Shown here: in pieces, positions 40,042 through 50,715 of the stretch
Layout: each line of letters opens with the position of its first letter
Numbering within the stretch: position 1 is the stretch's first letter
Assembly: GCA_963771155.1 (NCBI GenBank)
Contig: CAVYSK010000001.1
Location: forward strand, 20,457 to 84,456
Origin: an uncultured Chloroflexia bacterium
GTDB lineage: Bacteria; Chloroflexota; Limnocylindria; QHBO01
Reading direction: 5' to 3'
Length of the DNA stretch: 64,000 nucleotides
Notes under the pieces: model-generated
The model's input: the letters and a program-made list of their open reading frames with translations, nothing else
What the model was told of the DNA's origin: nothing
The model's database searches: none
Translations under genes and position numbers: made by a program

Positions 40042-40335
40042 TCAGCGCTGCCAGTCTCCGGCGTGAGGGACCGCTTCGGACATCACTCGCGCGATCTCCG
40101 CGCGATAGCGGACGCCAGAAGGGTGACGCGCCAGCCAGCGGAGGTAGTCGGGATCGATCGCGGCGAGCTCGGCGATCGTGCGACCGGCGTGGTGCCCGAA
40201 ATCGAGGCGGGTGGCGTCGAAGGTCGAGTCGCGACCGGGGCCAACGGGGACGCTCGGATCAGACCCCACGTCGAACGCACGGTCGTCGCGATCGGCCACC
40301 TCTGCCTCCGGATAGGTCGCTCGGTTGGCGAGCAT
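40042..40335 (-). CDS. Small protein with DUF3820-like motif
   Basis: LDFGHHAGRTIAELAAIDPDYLRWL. Confidence 0.65.
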   Translation of the reverse strand: MLANRATYPEAEVADRDDRAFDVGSDPSVPVGPGRDSTFDATRLDFGHHAGRTIAELAAIDPDYLRWLARHPSGVRYRAEIARVMSEAVPHAGDWQR

Positions 40336-40372
40336 CCTAGCGCCGATTGGGGCCGCGCGGCAACGACATTCG

Positions 40373-41998
40373 TCAGTCCAGCGAGATTCCATCGACCCAG
40401 GTCTGAGTGCTCCGGACCGCACCGAAGTCCACGTCATCGGCCAGGAGCGACTCGAGGCCGACGGAAAGCACCGCCAGATCGGCCCGCGCGCCGATCCGGA
40501 GGTGTCCCTCGTCGGCAACGCCGAGGGCATGCGCGGGCCCGAGGGTGTAGGCACGGAGCGCCTCGAGCACCGTCAGCTTCTGAGCCGGACGCCAGTCGTC
40601 GCGATCGTCGTCCGGGAAGCGCCGATGCAGCGCGGCGAAGACACCGAGCCACGGGTTCACAGACTCCACGGGGGCATCCGATCCGGCGGCCAGCAGGGCG
40701 CCGGCCTCGATCAGGTCACGCCAGGCGTACGCATCGGCCTGGCGTCCGTCCCAGCAGGCCTCGACGAGGTCGCGGTCGGCGGCCGCGTGGATCGGCTGCA
40801 CGCTGGCAGTCACGCCCAGTCGGGCGAACCGTGCACGGTCGGCCGATCGCACCAGCTGCGCGTGCTCCATCCGATCGTTCGGGCACCCCGGGAGTCGCTC
40901 GGACGACCGTTCAACGGCATCGAGCACCTCCGCGGCCGCGCGGTCGCCGATCGCGTGGACCGCCAGGCCGATCCCAGCCGCGCGGCCGGCTCGGAACAGG
41001 TCGTCGAGCTCGTCGGCGGTGACGCGCATGATTCCCCGCTCCCCCGCCCCGCACGTGCGCGGCTCGAACAGGGCCGCGGTGCCCGAGCCCAGGGCACCGT
41101 CGGCATACTCCTTGGCCCATCCGAAGCGCAGCGTGTGGCGGCCGGCCAACGGCGCTCCAGTGCGCAGGCCGCGCGATGCGGCCGCCGCGATCGCATCGGC
41201 GGGGATGCCGAGCGTCATGCGCAGGCGCCCGTCGAGCGCATCGGCCAGGTCGGTCAGGGTCGAGTACGAGTCGCCCAGGTCCCCATCGGCACCGATGCCG
41301 TTCGCATCGGTGTAGTCGCCGGCTTCGGTCGCGCCGGTGAGCCCGAACGCCAACATGTCGGCGACCGTTGCCTCGAGTGCCGGACGCAGCGCCTCTCCCT
41401 GGGGGCGCGGTACGACGCGGGCGACGAGGTCGAGCGCCGTCTCGCGCAGGATGCCGATCGGCCGCCCATGAGGATCCCGCTCGATCCGGCCGCCGGGCGG
41501 ATCATCGGTGTCGTCGGTGACCCCGGCGGCGCCTAGGGCTGCCACCGAGGCCCAGGCCGAGTGCCCGTCATGGCTGGTCACGAACGCCGGCCGGGAGCCG
41601 ACGGCAGTATCGAGGGAGCCGGGAGCGAGGGACGCGATCTGCGCCTCGTTCCAGCCGCGTCCCGTCAGCCAGGCGTCGGATGCCATGGTCCCGGCGTGCC
41701 GAGTCAGACGCTCGAGCACCGCCATTCCGTCCGGCGCGGCGTCCAGGAGCACGCCCGATCGCGTGCGCGCCAAGCCGACGAGGTGGAGATGGAAGTCATG
41801 GAGCCCGGGGATCACCGCCGCCGGCCCAGCGTCGACGATCCGTGCGCTGGGGAGTGCTGCATCGAGCACGTCGGAGCGGGAGCCGACCGCTGCGACCCGC
41901 CCGTCGGCGATGCCGACAGCCTCGGCGCGCTCGGGAGCATCGGGCTCGGCGGCCACCAGCACCTCGCCGATGATCACGACGTCCGAGCGCGCGGTCAT
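40373..41998 (-). CDS. Amidohydrolase (YtcJ-like, Amidohydro_3)
   Basis: PGLHDFHLH, DGALGS, VHAIGDRA, RMEHAQ, GSDAPV. Confidence 0.92.
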   Translation of the reverse strand: MTARSDVVIIGEVLVAAEPDAPERAEAVGIADGRVAAVGSRSDVLDAALPSARIVDAGPAAVIPGLHDFHLHLVGLARTRSGVLLDAAPDGMAVLERLTRHAGTMASDAWLTGRGWNEAQIASLAPGSLDTAVGSRPAFVTSHDGHSAWASVAALGAAGVTDDTDDPPGGRIERDPHGRPIGILRETALDLVARVVPRPQGEALRPALEATVADMLAFGLTGATEAGDYTDANGIGADGDLGDSYSTLTDLADALDGRLRMTLGIPADAIAAAASRGLRTGAPLAGRHTLRFGWAKEYADGALGSGTAALFEPRTCGAGERGIMRVTADELDDLFRAGRAAGIGLAVHAIGDRAAAEVLDAVERSSERLPGCPNDRMEHAQLVRSADRARFARLGVTASVQPIHAAADRDLVEACWDGRQADAYAWRDLIEAGALLAAGSDAPVESVNPWLGVFAALHRRFPDDDRDDWRPAQKLTVLEALRAYTLGPAHALGVADEGHLRIGARADLAVLSVGLESLLADDVDFGAVRSTQTWVDGISLD

Positions 41999-43326
41999 CG
42001 CTCCGTCCCGGTGAAGCGAGGCGTCTGGACGAAGCCGCCGGGACCAGGCCCGAACGCGATGCGGACCAGGGCCCAGGGGACGACCACGAGCCAATGCGAC
42101 AGGAATAGCGCACCGCGCAGCGCGCGCCCGGCAAGGGGAAGGCCACGAACGCCGACAGCCCACAGCCCGCCCAGGGCGAGGAGGAAGATGCCCAGCCCGT
42201 AGCCGGCGAACAGCGAGGCCGGCACGCTCCAGTCGGCAGGCCGCGGCAATGGGATCGTCAGCAGGCTGGCCACGATCGTCGTGGCGAACAACGGCGGCAG
42301 AAGGAACTCGGCGGCAAACGCGAGGAAGTCGGCCTTGCGGCCGACCGGCTGGGGACCCGCGAGCAAGCCTGGGCCGTGCTCGAGCAGGCGCCGCAGGCTT
42401 CCCTCGGCCCACCGCAGGCGCTGCTGCCACAGCGCCCTCGCACGCTCGACGGCCTCCTCCTCGACCGCAACCTCGGGCGCCAGCGCCACGTGGTGCCCGG
42501 CCGCCGCGAGCCGCGTCGACAGGTCCAGGTCCTCGGTCAACGCGGGCGGACGCCACCCGCCCACGGACTCGAGCGCCGCGCGTCGCACGAACATCCCGTT
42601 GCCGCGCAGCTCGGCCGTCCCGTCGGTCGCCCGTCGGCCGCACTGGCTGGCGAGATCCATCAGCTGCTCCTCCGCCTGCGCGCGTGTAAGCCATGACGCC
42701 GACTCGTTGCGCGGATGTCGCGCGACCTGGATGGCGACGGCCTCCGGGTCCCGCACCGTCCAGGCGCGCATCACGCGCTCCAGGAACGCGGAACCCACCA
42801 CGGTATCGGCGTCGAGCACGCCGATCACTTCACCGCGCAGGTACGGCATGGCGAAGGCCAGGACCGATGCCTTCGTGCGCGGGCCCACCTGCCGATCGCG
42901 TCGGACGACCCGGGCATGAGGCGCCTCGCCGATCGCATCGTGGGCAACATCGGCCGTCGAATCGGTCGAGGCGTCGTCGACGACGACGAGCTCGAATGCC
43001 GGCGTGCCGTCACGGCGCACATAGGCAAGCGAGACCAGCGAGCGGACGGCGGCACCGATCACCCCTGCCTCGTTGCGGGCCGGGAGGACGAGCGACACGA
43101 ATGGGAGGTCCGCGGCCAGGCCGGTCGGCTCAGCCGCCCCGGATCGGCCCCAGGCCATCGCGTCTCGCATGACGCGCGCGCCCCGCCAGGCGAGGTACGC
43201 GACGTACAGCATCGAGAAGAGGATCGAGAGCTGGAGCACCCGGGCGGCGAGCGGGACGGTGATCGTGACCCAGGCAACGAGCCCCGCGGTCACCAGAAGT
43301 GCGGCGGCAGCGGCCCTAGTCCGCAT
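41995..43326 (-). CDS. GT2 glycosyltransferase, resembles monoglucosyldiacylglycerol synthase
   Basis: PARNE, DDASTD, LDAD, ELRGNG, TEDLDL, QRLRWAEG. Confidence 0.85.
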   Translation of the reverse strand: MRTRAAAAALLVTAGLVAWVTITVPLAARVLQLSILFSMLYVAYLAWRGARVMRDAMAWGRSGAAEPTGLAADLPFVSLVLPARNEAGVIGAAVRSLVSLAYVRRDGTPAFELVVVDDASTDSTADVAHDAIGEAPHARVVRRDRQVGPRTKASVLAFAMPYLRGEVIGVLDADTVVGSAFLERVMRAWTVRDPEAVAIQVARHPRNESASWLTRAQAEEQLMDLASQCGRRATDGTAELRGNGMFVRRAALESVGGWRPPALTEDLDLSTRLAAAGHHVALAPEVAVEEEAVERARALWQQRLRWAEGSLRRLLEHGPGLLAGPQPVGRKADFLAFAAEFLLPPLFATTIVASLLTIPLPRPADWSVPASLFAGYGLGIFLLALGGLWAVGVRGLPLAGRALRGALFLSHWLVVVPWALVRIAFGPGPGGFVQTPRFTGTER

Positions 43327-44842
43327 CGGCCGGACGGCGACGGCGACGGCGATGACGATGCGGAGCCTCGCTGTGCTCCGCCTGGTCGATGTCGTTCGCG
43401 GCGTCCGGCGTCTCCGGTGCCGTCTCTGCGGCGACGGCGCGACCCGGCCGGGCGGTCCGGTCATGGTCGTGCAGCCCGGCATGCGAGTTTCGGCGCCACG
43501 AGGCGACACCGGCCCACAGGGTGAGGAGCCCGAGCACGGCCATCGCCACCGGGATGCCATACCCAGGGAAGAAGATGTTGATCACGTCCGCGGCGACAGG
43601 AGCAAGGAGAACGGGCAGGAACGAGGCGACCGACAGCAGAGAGTTGAGGATCCCGAAGATGCGACCGCGTACATCGGGAGGCAGCTCCTCCTGGAGGGCG
43701 GTCTGGGAGGGAATGGCCACGAACGCGTACTCGAGTCCCGCGAAGACCGCGATCACCACCACGACCGCGATGAGGCTGGTGAGCGGTTCGATCGACGGGA
43801 ACACCTCTTCGATCGGCGCGACGGCAAACCCGAACATCGCGGTCACCGGACGGACGAGTGCGAGCAGGACGAGGGTGACGCCCATGGCGATCAGGCCGAT
43901 GTCGATCACCAAGCGCTTCGGCAGCGCCTTCCCGTACGAGTTCAGGAACAGGATGCCGATGACCGCCCCAAGCCCGGCCGGTCCCATGATGAAGAAGAAG
44001 TCCTCCGCGGTCAGCCGCAGGACGTCGGTCGCGAAGCCCGGCCCGATGGCGCCGAGCACGCCAATGAGGCTGGCGGCGATGCCGAGGTAGGTCAGGCTCC
44101 ACGCGATCTCGCGATGGGCACGAATGAAGCGAATTCCCTCGGCCATCTGGTCGAACAGCTCGCGGGCAGCGCGCCCGGCGGCGTCAGCGACGTCGGGCAC
44201 CGCATGATCCGGGCGAACGGAAGGCAGTGGAAGGATCGCCAGCGCGGCCAGGCCAAACATGGCGGCCACGAGCACGTACACCGCGGTCGGGCCTAGGACG
44301 TTGAGGACCAGCGGGCCGAGGACCCCGAAGCCGATCGCGAACGTGGCGTTCACGGTCAGGATGAAGATCGAGTTGGCAGCCATCAGCTGCCGCCGATCGA
44401 CGATGCGCGGAATCGAGGTCAGCTCGGCCGGCGCGAAGACTGCGGTCGCCGTGGCGATGAAGAAGTTGATGAGGTAGACGAGCGGCACGTTGGCCGTGCT
44501 CGTTGTCGGCGCCACGAAGATGAACAGGACGGTGCCGGCCGCCCGCACGAGATTCGTCGCCAGCATGATGACCTTCGCGTCGCCGCGCTCGACGAGGACA
44601 CCGCCGAGCGTGCTGAACAGCACGGCCGGCACGAGGAATGTGAGGATCAGGACCGCGTTCGCGGTCAGGGAGCCGGTCGTGGTCACCACGGTCGCGATCA
44701 GGGCGGCGAGCACCATGTTGCTCGCCAGCTGGCTGAGCGCCTGCGCCGACCAGAGGTAGACGAACGGGCGGTTCTTGAAGACCGAGCCGGCTTCGCTCAG
44801 GTCGCCATCGCCGTCGCCGGGGAGATCGAAGTGGGCCGCCAC
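43316..44842 (-). CDS. MFS transporter
   Basis: ~12 TM, FVYLWSAQALSQ, FAPAE, RGRIFG. Confidence 0.9.
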   Translation of the reverse strand: MAAHFDLPGDGDGDLSEAGSVFKNRPFVYLWSAQALSQLASNMVLAALIATVVTTTGSLTANAVLILTFLVPAVLFSTLGGVLVERGDAKVIMLATNLVRAAGTVLFIFVAPTTSTANVPLVYLINFFIATATAVFAPAELTSIPRIVDRRQLMAANSIFILTVNATFAIGFGVLGPLVLNVLGPTAVYVLVAAMFGLAALAILPLPSVRPDHAVPDVADAAGRAARELFDQMAEGIRFIRAHREIAWSLTYLGIAASLIGVLGAIGPGFATDVLRLTAEDFFFIMGPAGLGAVIGILFLNSYGKALPKRLVIDIGLIAMGVTLVLLALVRPVTAMFGFAVAPIEEVFPSIEPLTSLIAVVVVIAVFAGLEYAFVAIPSQTALQEELPPDVRGRIFGILNSLLSVASFLPVLLAPVAADVINIFFPGYGIPVAMAVLGLLTLWAGVASWRRNSHAGLHDHDRTARPGRAVAAETAPETPDAANDIDQAEHSEAPHRHRRRRRRPADAD

Positions 44843-44845
44843 CGG

Positions 44846-45061
44846 TCAGCTGCCACCGTCGGCGCCACGCGCCAGGTACTCGGTGAAGCGACGCTCGACG
44901 TCCAGTCGGTCCATCAGGATGCGGTGGCCACATCCGTCGCAGACCAGGCCGATGTCGGCCCCCAGCCGGACGACCTCCCAGTCCCGGCTCCCGCATGGAT
45001 GCTCCTTGCGCAGCCGGAGCCGATCACCGATGCGGAGATCCAGCGGCCGGGCCACCGTCAC
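44846..45061 (-). CDS. DUF951 domain protein
   Basis: LRKEHPCGSRDWEVVRLGADIGLVCDGCGH. Confidence 0.92.
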   Translation of the reverse strand: MTVARPLDLRIGDRLRLRKEHPCGSRDWEVVRLGADIGLVCDGCGHRILMDRLDVERRFTEYLARGADGGS

Positions 45062-46428
45062 GCACGGCCCTCGGCGGCGGTGACTCCCGTGAAGTTGAAC
45101 GACCCGAGGTGCAGCGCGGGACTGCGAACGGCACCGAAGAACTCGCCCGGCACGAGCTTCGTCTCGCGCCCGGCGGCCCGGACGTCACTGAAGGCCTCGG
45201 GGATCGACTGGGTGAACCGGAAGTTCAGCAGCGGGCGTGACAGCGTTCCGTCCTCGATGAGGAACGTGCCGTCCTTCGTCATGCCGGTCAGAATCGCCTT
45301 CTTCGGGTGGACCGGGTTGATGTAATGGAAGCGCGTGACCCACACGCCGCGCTTCACGCCGGTAATGAGCTCGTCGCGCGGCGTCGTGCCGGGACCCATG
45401 AAGACGTTCAGCGGCAGCGGTCCGACCAGGTTTGGGGCCGGCAGCGCGTGCCCGGTCGAGCCGGTCCCGGCGCGCGCACCGGTCGCGGCGTCGTGGGCGA
45501 CCGCGTTCGCCATGCCACCCGCGATCAGGTCGACGCGCTTGCGCACGACGCCCTCGAAGTCGATCGGGGACGGAAGCCCGGTCTCGTCGGCCCCGTCGTC
45601 CCAGATCGAGACGTTCTCCCCCATCACCCGCGTCCCCAGGTCCATGAACGAGCGGCCCTCCTCGTGGGCCAGGCCGGAGAAGCCGATGTAGGACAGATAT
45701 TCGATCAGCCCGGCGACCGCGTACTCCTCCAGGATGACCTCGTACTCGCCCGGCTCAAGCTCGCCGGCGCCGCGCATCCGATCCCCCTTGTTGGCGGCCT
45801 CCGCACCGAGCGCCTCAGCATCGATGGTGCGGACGTCGGGCGCGCCGGCCTGTGCGTACCCCGACGCTGCGCCAGATGCGAACCCGTCCATCATCACCGT
45901 GAGCAACGTGGCCCGGGTCGAACGGTGCTGGGCGCGGATCCCGTTCGTGTTCGCCACGGCAATCGTCAGCACCGATGTCGCAAACGAGCCGGAGCTCTCC
46001 AGGCCCTTGGCCTCACCGGCGGCGATGACCGCTCGCGCTCCGTCCGCGCGCAGGTCCGCGCCGGCATCCGCGGTGGCATCGACAAACCCGAGCTCCGGAT
46101 CGTGCTCGCGGCCGTCGGGCTCGGGCAAGACCGAGGCGCGCGGATTCGGGGCGGACCGCGCGGCGATGGCCGCGGCGCGCTCCACGACGTCGCGGACGCC
46201 CCCCTCGTCCAGCCGGTTCGTGGCCGCGACCCCGATTCGGTCATCGCTCTCGATGATCCGGACCTGGAGTGAGGCGTCGTGCTCACGGACGTTCTGATGG
46301 ATCTGGTTCGTGGCAAAGCGCGTCAGCGCAGAGTCCTGGCCGAGGAAGATGACCTCGGTCTGTGGCGCTTCCGAGAGGGACAGGACACGGTCGAGCAGCT
46401 CGCCGACGTCGTCGCGAGTGGCTACCAT
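45058..46428 (-). CDS. TldD/PmbA family protein (PmbA/TldE-like)
   Basis: LTRFATNQIHQN, LEPGEYEVIL, DFEGV, TGHA, TGMTKDGTFLIE. Confidence 0.88.
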   Translation of the reverse strand: MVATRDDVGELLDRVLSLSEAPQTEVIFLGQDSALTRFATNQIHQNVREHDASLQVRIIESDDRIGVAATNRLDEGGVRDVVERAAAIAARSAPNPRASVLPEPDGREHDPELGFVDATADAGADLRADGARAVIAAGEAKGLESSGSFATSVLTIAVANTNGIRAQHRSTRATLLTVMMDGFASGAASGYAQAGAPDVRTIDAEALGAEAANKGDRMRGAGELEPGEYEVILEEYAVAGLIEYLSYIGFSGLAHEEGRSFMDLGTRVMGENVSIWDDGADETGLPSPIDFEGVVRKRVDLIAGGMANAVAHDAATGARAGTGSTGHALPAPNLVGPLPLNVFMGPGTTPRDELITGVKRGVWVTRFHYINPVHPKKAILTGMTKDGTFLIEDGTLSRPLLNFRFTQSIPEAFSDVRAAGRETKLVPGEFFGAVRSPALHLGSFNFTGVTAAEGRA

Positions 46429-47870
46429 CGGCCCACTCCCACCTGAACGCCGCGGAAGCGGGCCGGCGCCGCGCCGTGCCCGACGTGCCCGGTCTGCACC
46501 GGCTCCCCCTTGCCGCAGTTCGGGAGTCCCCACAGCGTCCATTCATCGGGGCCACAGATCGCGTCCAGGCTGCCCCAGAAGCGCGGCGTGATGCCGGTAT
46601 ACGTCGGGTTCTTCACCAGCTGCGTGCGCTTCCCGTTCTTGATCAGCCAGCCGGCCTGGTCGCCGAACTGGAAGTTCAGGCGGCGATCGTCGATCGACCA
46701 GCTCTTGTTGACGCTCATGAAGATGCCCTCGCGGGTATCGGCGATGAGGTCCTCCAGAGAGCCCGCGTCGCCGGGCCGCAGGTTGATGTTCGTCATCCGG
46801 ATGAGCGGGATGTGGCTCCAGCTCCACGCCCGCGCGCTGCCCATGCTGCGCCGCCCGATCCTGGGCGCGGTCTCCCGGCTGGTGAGGTAGCCGACGAGCA
46901 CCCCGCCGGACACGAGCGGCACGTTCTGGGCCGGCACGCCCTCGTCGTCATAGCCGAACGTGCCGAGCCCTCCGGGGGCGGTCGCATCCGCGTCGATGTG
47001 GACCAGCTCGCTGCCGTAGCGAAGCTCGTCCAGCTTGTCCGTGGTCAGGAACGAGGTCCCCGCGAACGAGGCCTCCGTGCCGAAGACCCGGTCCAGCTCG
47101 GTCGGATGGCCGCACGACTCGTGGATCTGGAGCGCCACCTGGGTCGCGTCCAGGACGAGGTCCATCTCGCCGGAGGGGCATTGCGGGGCATCGAGCAGGG
47201 CCACCGCCAGCTCGGCCGTTTCCTGGGCGTGCTCGACGAGCTCGATCCCTCGGACGGCCTCGTACCCGCCGGTCACCACCTGCCCGCCGAACGAGTTCGG
47301 GTAGGACCGCTGCTGCATCTCGGAGTCGTTGACCGCGGTCGCCTCGATTCCGCCACCGGCCTCCACGATCTCCTGCTCGATCCACGCCCCGGCGTTCGAC
47401 GCGAACGTCTTCCGCTCGCGCCCGGCCACCAGGTTGCTCTCGCGAATTGCGACGCCGGGCACGCGGGCCATGGCCGCATCGGCGTCCATGAGCAGCCGCA
47501 GCTTGTCGTCCAGGCTGACGGCGAACGGATCCTCGGTGTGCGGGGTCCGATACGAGTCGGTCACCGGCGGGGTGTCATCCAGCTCGATCGGCTGGTTCTG
47601 GGCGCGGCCCGAGGCCCGTGCGATCTCCAGCGCCTCGGCCGCCACCTTGTCGGCCTCTCCGGGATCCAGCGCACGGCTCGAGCTGAAGCCCCAGGCTCCG
47701 TTGACCATCACGCGCACGCCGAATCCGGCGCTCACGTTCGAGGTGGCCGCCTCAAGCGCACCATTCTTTACCGTCAGCTGCTCGGTCTCGCGCTCCGCGA
47801 CGCGCACCTCGGTGTAGGCGGCACCTCCACGCTCGGCGGTATCGAGCGCACGTTCGATCAGCTCCTTCAC
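46422..47870 (-). CDS. tldD: Metalloprotease TldD
   Basis: HESCGHPTELDR, YDDEG, RMTN, CGKGEP. Confidence 0.92.
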   Translation of the reverse strand: MKELIERALDTAERGGAAYTEVRVAERETEQLTVKNGALEAATSNVSAGFGVRVMVNGAWGFSSSRALDPGEADKVAAEALEIARASGRAQNQPIELDDTPPVTDSYRTPHTEDPFAVSLDDKLRLLMDADAAMARVPGVAIRESNLVAGRERKTFASNAGAWIEQEIVEAGGGIEATAVNDSEMQQRSYPNSFGGQVVTGGYEAVRGIELVEHAQETAELAVALLDAPQCPSGEMDLVLDATQVALQIHESCGHPTELDRVFGTEASFAGTSFLTTDKLDELRYGSELVHIDADATAPGGLGTFGYDDEGVPAQNVPLVSGGVLVGYLTSRETAPRIGRRSMGSARAWSWSHIPLIRMTNINLRPGDAGSLEDLIADTREGIFMSVNKSWSIDDRRLNFQFGDQAGWLIKNGKRTQLVKNPTYTGITPRFWGSLDAICGPDEWTLWGLPNCGKGEPVQTGHVGHGAAPARFRGVQVGVGRW

Positions 47871-47909
47871 GGCATCATCCTGTCGCAGCAGTGTGGGCGG
47901 GCATACAGG

Positions 47910-48581
47910 CTACTCGACCGACACCGCGGCCTGCGGTGTGAGATCGCGACCGGTCGCGGGCACCTCCATCGCGGTCAGCTGCTCGATCTCGTACTGGAGG
48001 CCGATCGACTGCTCGAGCAGGGTCAGGACGCCGCCCGGCCGCTCCAGTGCCGACTCCAGCCCAGCCGGCGAGCCGATGGCCCAAACCTCGACCGTGCTGC
48101 CCAGCGGCACGCCGTCGATCTCGATGGCGCCGGCTCCCTGGACGCCGACCGAGCCCGCCGTGATGCGAATGTCGTCCACCGCGATCGCCTCCGCCCCCGC
48201 ACCGCGCAGCTCGTAGATCAGGTCGTTCACGGCGGTCGCATCGAGCGGGCCCTCGATCCGCAGCACGATCCCCTGGCCCTCGACCGCACGAACCCCTCCG
48301 AACGCCTCGATCCGATGGAGCTCCGCCTCGGTCAGGTCGAGCGTGGACTGCCCCTGCACCTCGGCCAGCTCGTAGCTTCGGATCTGCTCACCGAGGTCGG
48401 CGAGGGCGTCCCGCAGCTCGACGTTGCGCGCGGAGAGCGTGTCGATCAGGGTCGAGAGCTCCTGGGGCGTGAGGTTCGAGAGCTCGATCGGCCGGGCCTG
48501 CGAGCGAAGCTGCCCGACCAGGAGGACGCCGATGATCAGCGCGACCACGAACAGGCTCAGCTGCGCGATGCGTCTGGCCAC
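47910..48581 (-). CDS. DUF881 family protein
   Basis: TM + coiled coil, GQGIV, ELRGAGAEAIAVDDIRI, AIGSP. Confidence 0.85.
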   Translation of the reverse strand: MARRIAQLSLFVVALIIGVLLVGQLRSQARPIELSNLTPQELSTLIDTLSARNVELRDALADLGEQIRSYELAEVQGQSTLDLTEAELHRIEAFGGVRAVEGQGIVLRIEGPLDATAVNDLIYELRGAGAEAIAVDDIRITAGSVGVQGAGAIEIDGVPLGSTVEVWAIGSPAGLESALERPGGVLTLLEQSIGLQYEIEQLTAMEVPATGRDLTPQAAVSVE

Positions 48582-49366
48582 TACTCGGGCTCCTCGACGA
48601 CCGGGGCGCCCCATCGAAGCCGAGTGTTGCCCACGAACTCGGGGAGGAACACCTCGTCGCGGGCCTCCCACGCGAACTGCAGGCCGTAGGCGGTGATGCG
48701 CGGCTCGACCCGGGCCAGGTACGCCGGATGGGCGAGGAATCGGTCAGCCAGTCCGTCCGGCCCGATCGCCTCGATCCGGTACGGGGGGGACAGGCGGGTC
48801 GAGTTCACGAGAATGGCCGGCCCGGCGCCATCGATGGAGGTGCTCGCCACCATCCGTTCGGCGGGCACGCCACCCGCTCCGCCGCCACCGGCGATCGTGA
48901 TCGCCTCCGCCCCGGCGCCCCACAGCGCGGTCACGATGTCGCGCAGATCGTCGACGACCACGTAGTCGATGACCCGGTCGTCGCCGGTGGTCGGGTTCAG
49001 CGAGTCGGCGATCTCGATCACCATTCCCGGCCCGCGCACTTCGGTGAGGCCGGTCGCCAGCCGAGCACCTGTCAGGTCCTCGTTGAGCTGCCCCAGGACG
49101 GCCTGCGAGCCCGCGTCCGCCTCCTGGAAGTCCTGCAGCCGGTCGTTGGCCACCTCCAGGTCCGCGCGCAGCTCCTCCTGCTGTTGCTGGAGCTGCTCGG
49201 CCTCCGTGATCAGGACCCGCTGGGCGGAGGTGATGAACTCCTGCCGCGCCAGCGAGCTGTTCCACTGGGCAGCGCCCACGAACCCGATGACCCCCAGCCC
49301 AATGGCGATCGAGATGGCCCACTGGGGACGGCTGAGCCGTCGCCGGGGCGGCAGGCGCCGGCTCAC
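48581..49366 (-). CDS. DUF881 family protein
   Basis: GLTEVRGPG, DLRDIVTALWGAGAEAI, PPYRIEAIG. Confidence 0.85.
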   Translation of the reverse strand: MSRRLPPRRRLSRPQWAISIAIGLGVIGFVGAAQWNSSLARQEFITSAQRVLITEAEQLQQQQEELRADLEVANDRLQDFQEADAGSQAVLGQLNEDLTGARLATGLTEVRGPGMVIEIADSLNPTTGDDRVIDYVVVDDLRDIVTALWGAGAEAITIAGGGGAGGVPAERMVASTSIDGAGPAILVNSTRLSPPYRIEAIGPDGLADRFLAHPAYLARVEPRITAYGLQFAWEARDEVFLPEFVGNTRLRWGAPVVEEPE

Positions 49367-50715
49367 GTCCCGTTCCTCCGCGCCGTCCGGCGCGCGACGA
49401 CCACCGCCGCGCCCACGGCAAGTGCGGCGCCGACGCCGATCAGCAGCAGCGGGCCGATCGGAACGGCATCGGAGGCGTCCTCCGCCGGGCTCGCATCGTC
49501 GGGCGGACGCTGCGGCTCGCCGGGCTCTCCGGGCTCGGCGCTGGAACCGGGCTCCGCATCCGGATCCACCCCGCCCTCGTCGATCTCGCCGACCGCGGGC
49601 CGATCGACGCTCGAGGGAGCGATCGGGTTCGCGGGCACCGGCTGTGGCGCGTCAACGCCGAACTCGGCGTAGAAGTCGGCATACAGCTGCTCGGCCGGGA
49701 TGCCGGTCCCGGCTTCGAGCGCATCCGCATCCGATGCCCCGTCGCGGTACGCGGCCGCGATCTCGGCAACCGCGTCCTCGCCGTAGCGGTCGACGATCAT
49801 GTCGATCATCGTCGTTCCTTGCGCGTACGAGAGGCGACCGCCGCGCTCGCCGATCGGGAACTGTTCGGTGATCGCCTCGAAGGCGAACAGCCCGCCGCCC
49901 GACGCCTCGAGCTCGACGATCGCGCGTTCATCGGCCCCGTCGCCGGTCTCCGACCAGGTGGCGACCCCCTCGTTCAGCCAGCGAGCCGGCTCGTGGAAAG
50001 GGTTGTTCGTGGCGTCGTAGAACACGATGTGCGTCAGCTCGTGCAGCATCGCCACCTCGAGGTACGAGGGCGTGCCACCGCCGAGCCACATGAAGATCGT
50101 CCGCAGCTCGCTGTAGGCCGCAGCCCCGGTCCATTCGCGCGCCCCCGGCCCGAGCGCTCCGAAGAACTCGTCGCGTGAGTCGTAGACGAACACGTCGACC
50201 GGCCCTGCGAGCTCGGTTCCCAGCAGCTCCTCCGCGCGCGCCACGCCCTGGGCGGTCAGCTCACCGAAACGCATCGCCTGCCCCTCGGCCTCTCCATACC
50301 AGTGGACGGTGGCCGCCCCGAGCTGGGCCGACTGCCAGTCGAGGCCCGGCCGATCGTCCTCGTACCGATGCGTCCCCTCCTCCGACAGCGTGACCGTCTC
50401 GCCGTCGGTGGCGCGCCAGCGGTACGTCACGAGCGTGTTGGGCACCATGTAGTTGACCGACGTATCCCACACGTACGTTGCGCTGCCGCCGGACGGCTCG
50501 ACCGGAAAGACGCTGGATGTGTCGTCGCCGGGGGTCCGGACGACGAGCTCCAGCCGATCGGGAGCGGCACCGTTCAGCCCGACCTCGAGCCGGACCTCCT
50601 CTCCATACGTGGAATCGGCCTCCATCTCGCCGAAGCCGTCGAAGCCGAGCACCGCGTCGGCGCCGAGAAGGCCGAGCGTGGCCGCCAGCGCGCACGCCGC
50701 CAGCCAGCGGATCAC
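49363..50715 (-). CDS. Membrane-anchored peptidase MA family zinc metalloprotease
   Basis: Signal peptide, HELTH, WLNEGVA, SYAQG, C-terminal TM with basic tail. Confidence 0.88.
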   Translation of the reverse strand: MIRWLAACALAATLGLLGADAVLGFDGFGEMEADSTYGEEVRLEVGLNGAAPDRLELVVRTPGDDTSSVFPVEPSGGSATYVWDTSVNYMVPNTLVTYRWRATDGETVTLSEEGTHRYEDDRPGLDWQSAQLGAATVHWYGEAEGQAMRFGELTAQGVARAEELLGTELAGPVDVFVYDSRDEFFGALGPGAREWTGAAAYSELRTIFMWLGGGTPSYLEVAMLHELTHIVFYDATNNPFHEPARWLNEGVATWSETGDGADERAIVELEASGGGLFAFEAITEQFPIGERGGRLSYAQGTTMIDMIVDRYGEDAVAEIAAAYRDGASDADALEAGTGIPAEQLYADFYAEFGVDAPQPVPANPIAPSSVDRPAVGEIDEGGVDPDAEPGSSAEPGEPGEPQRPPDDASPAEDASDAVPIGPLLLIGVGAALAVGAAVVVARRTARRNGT

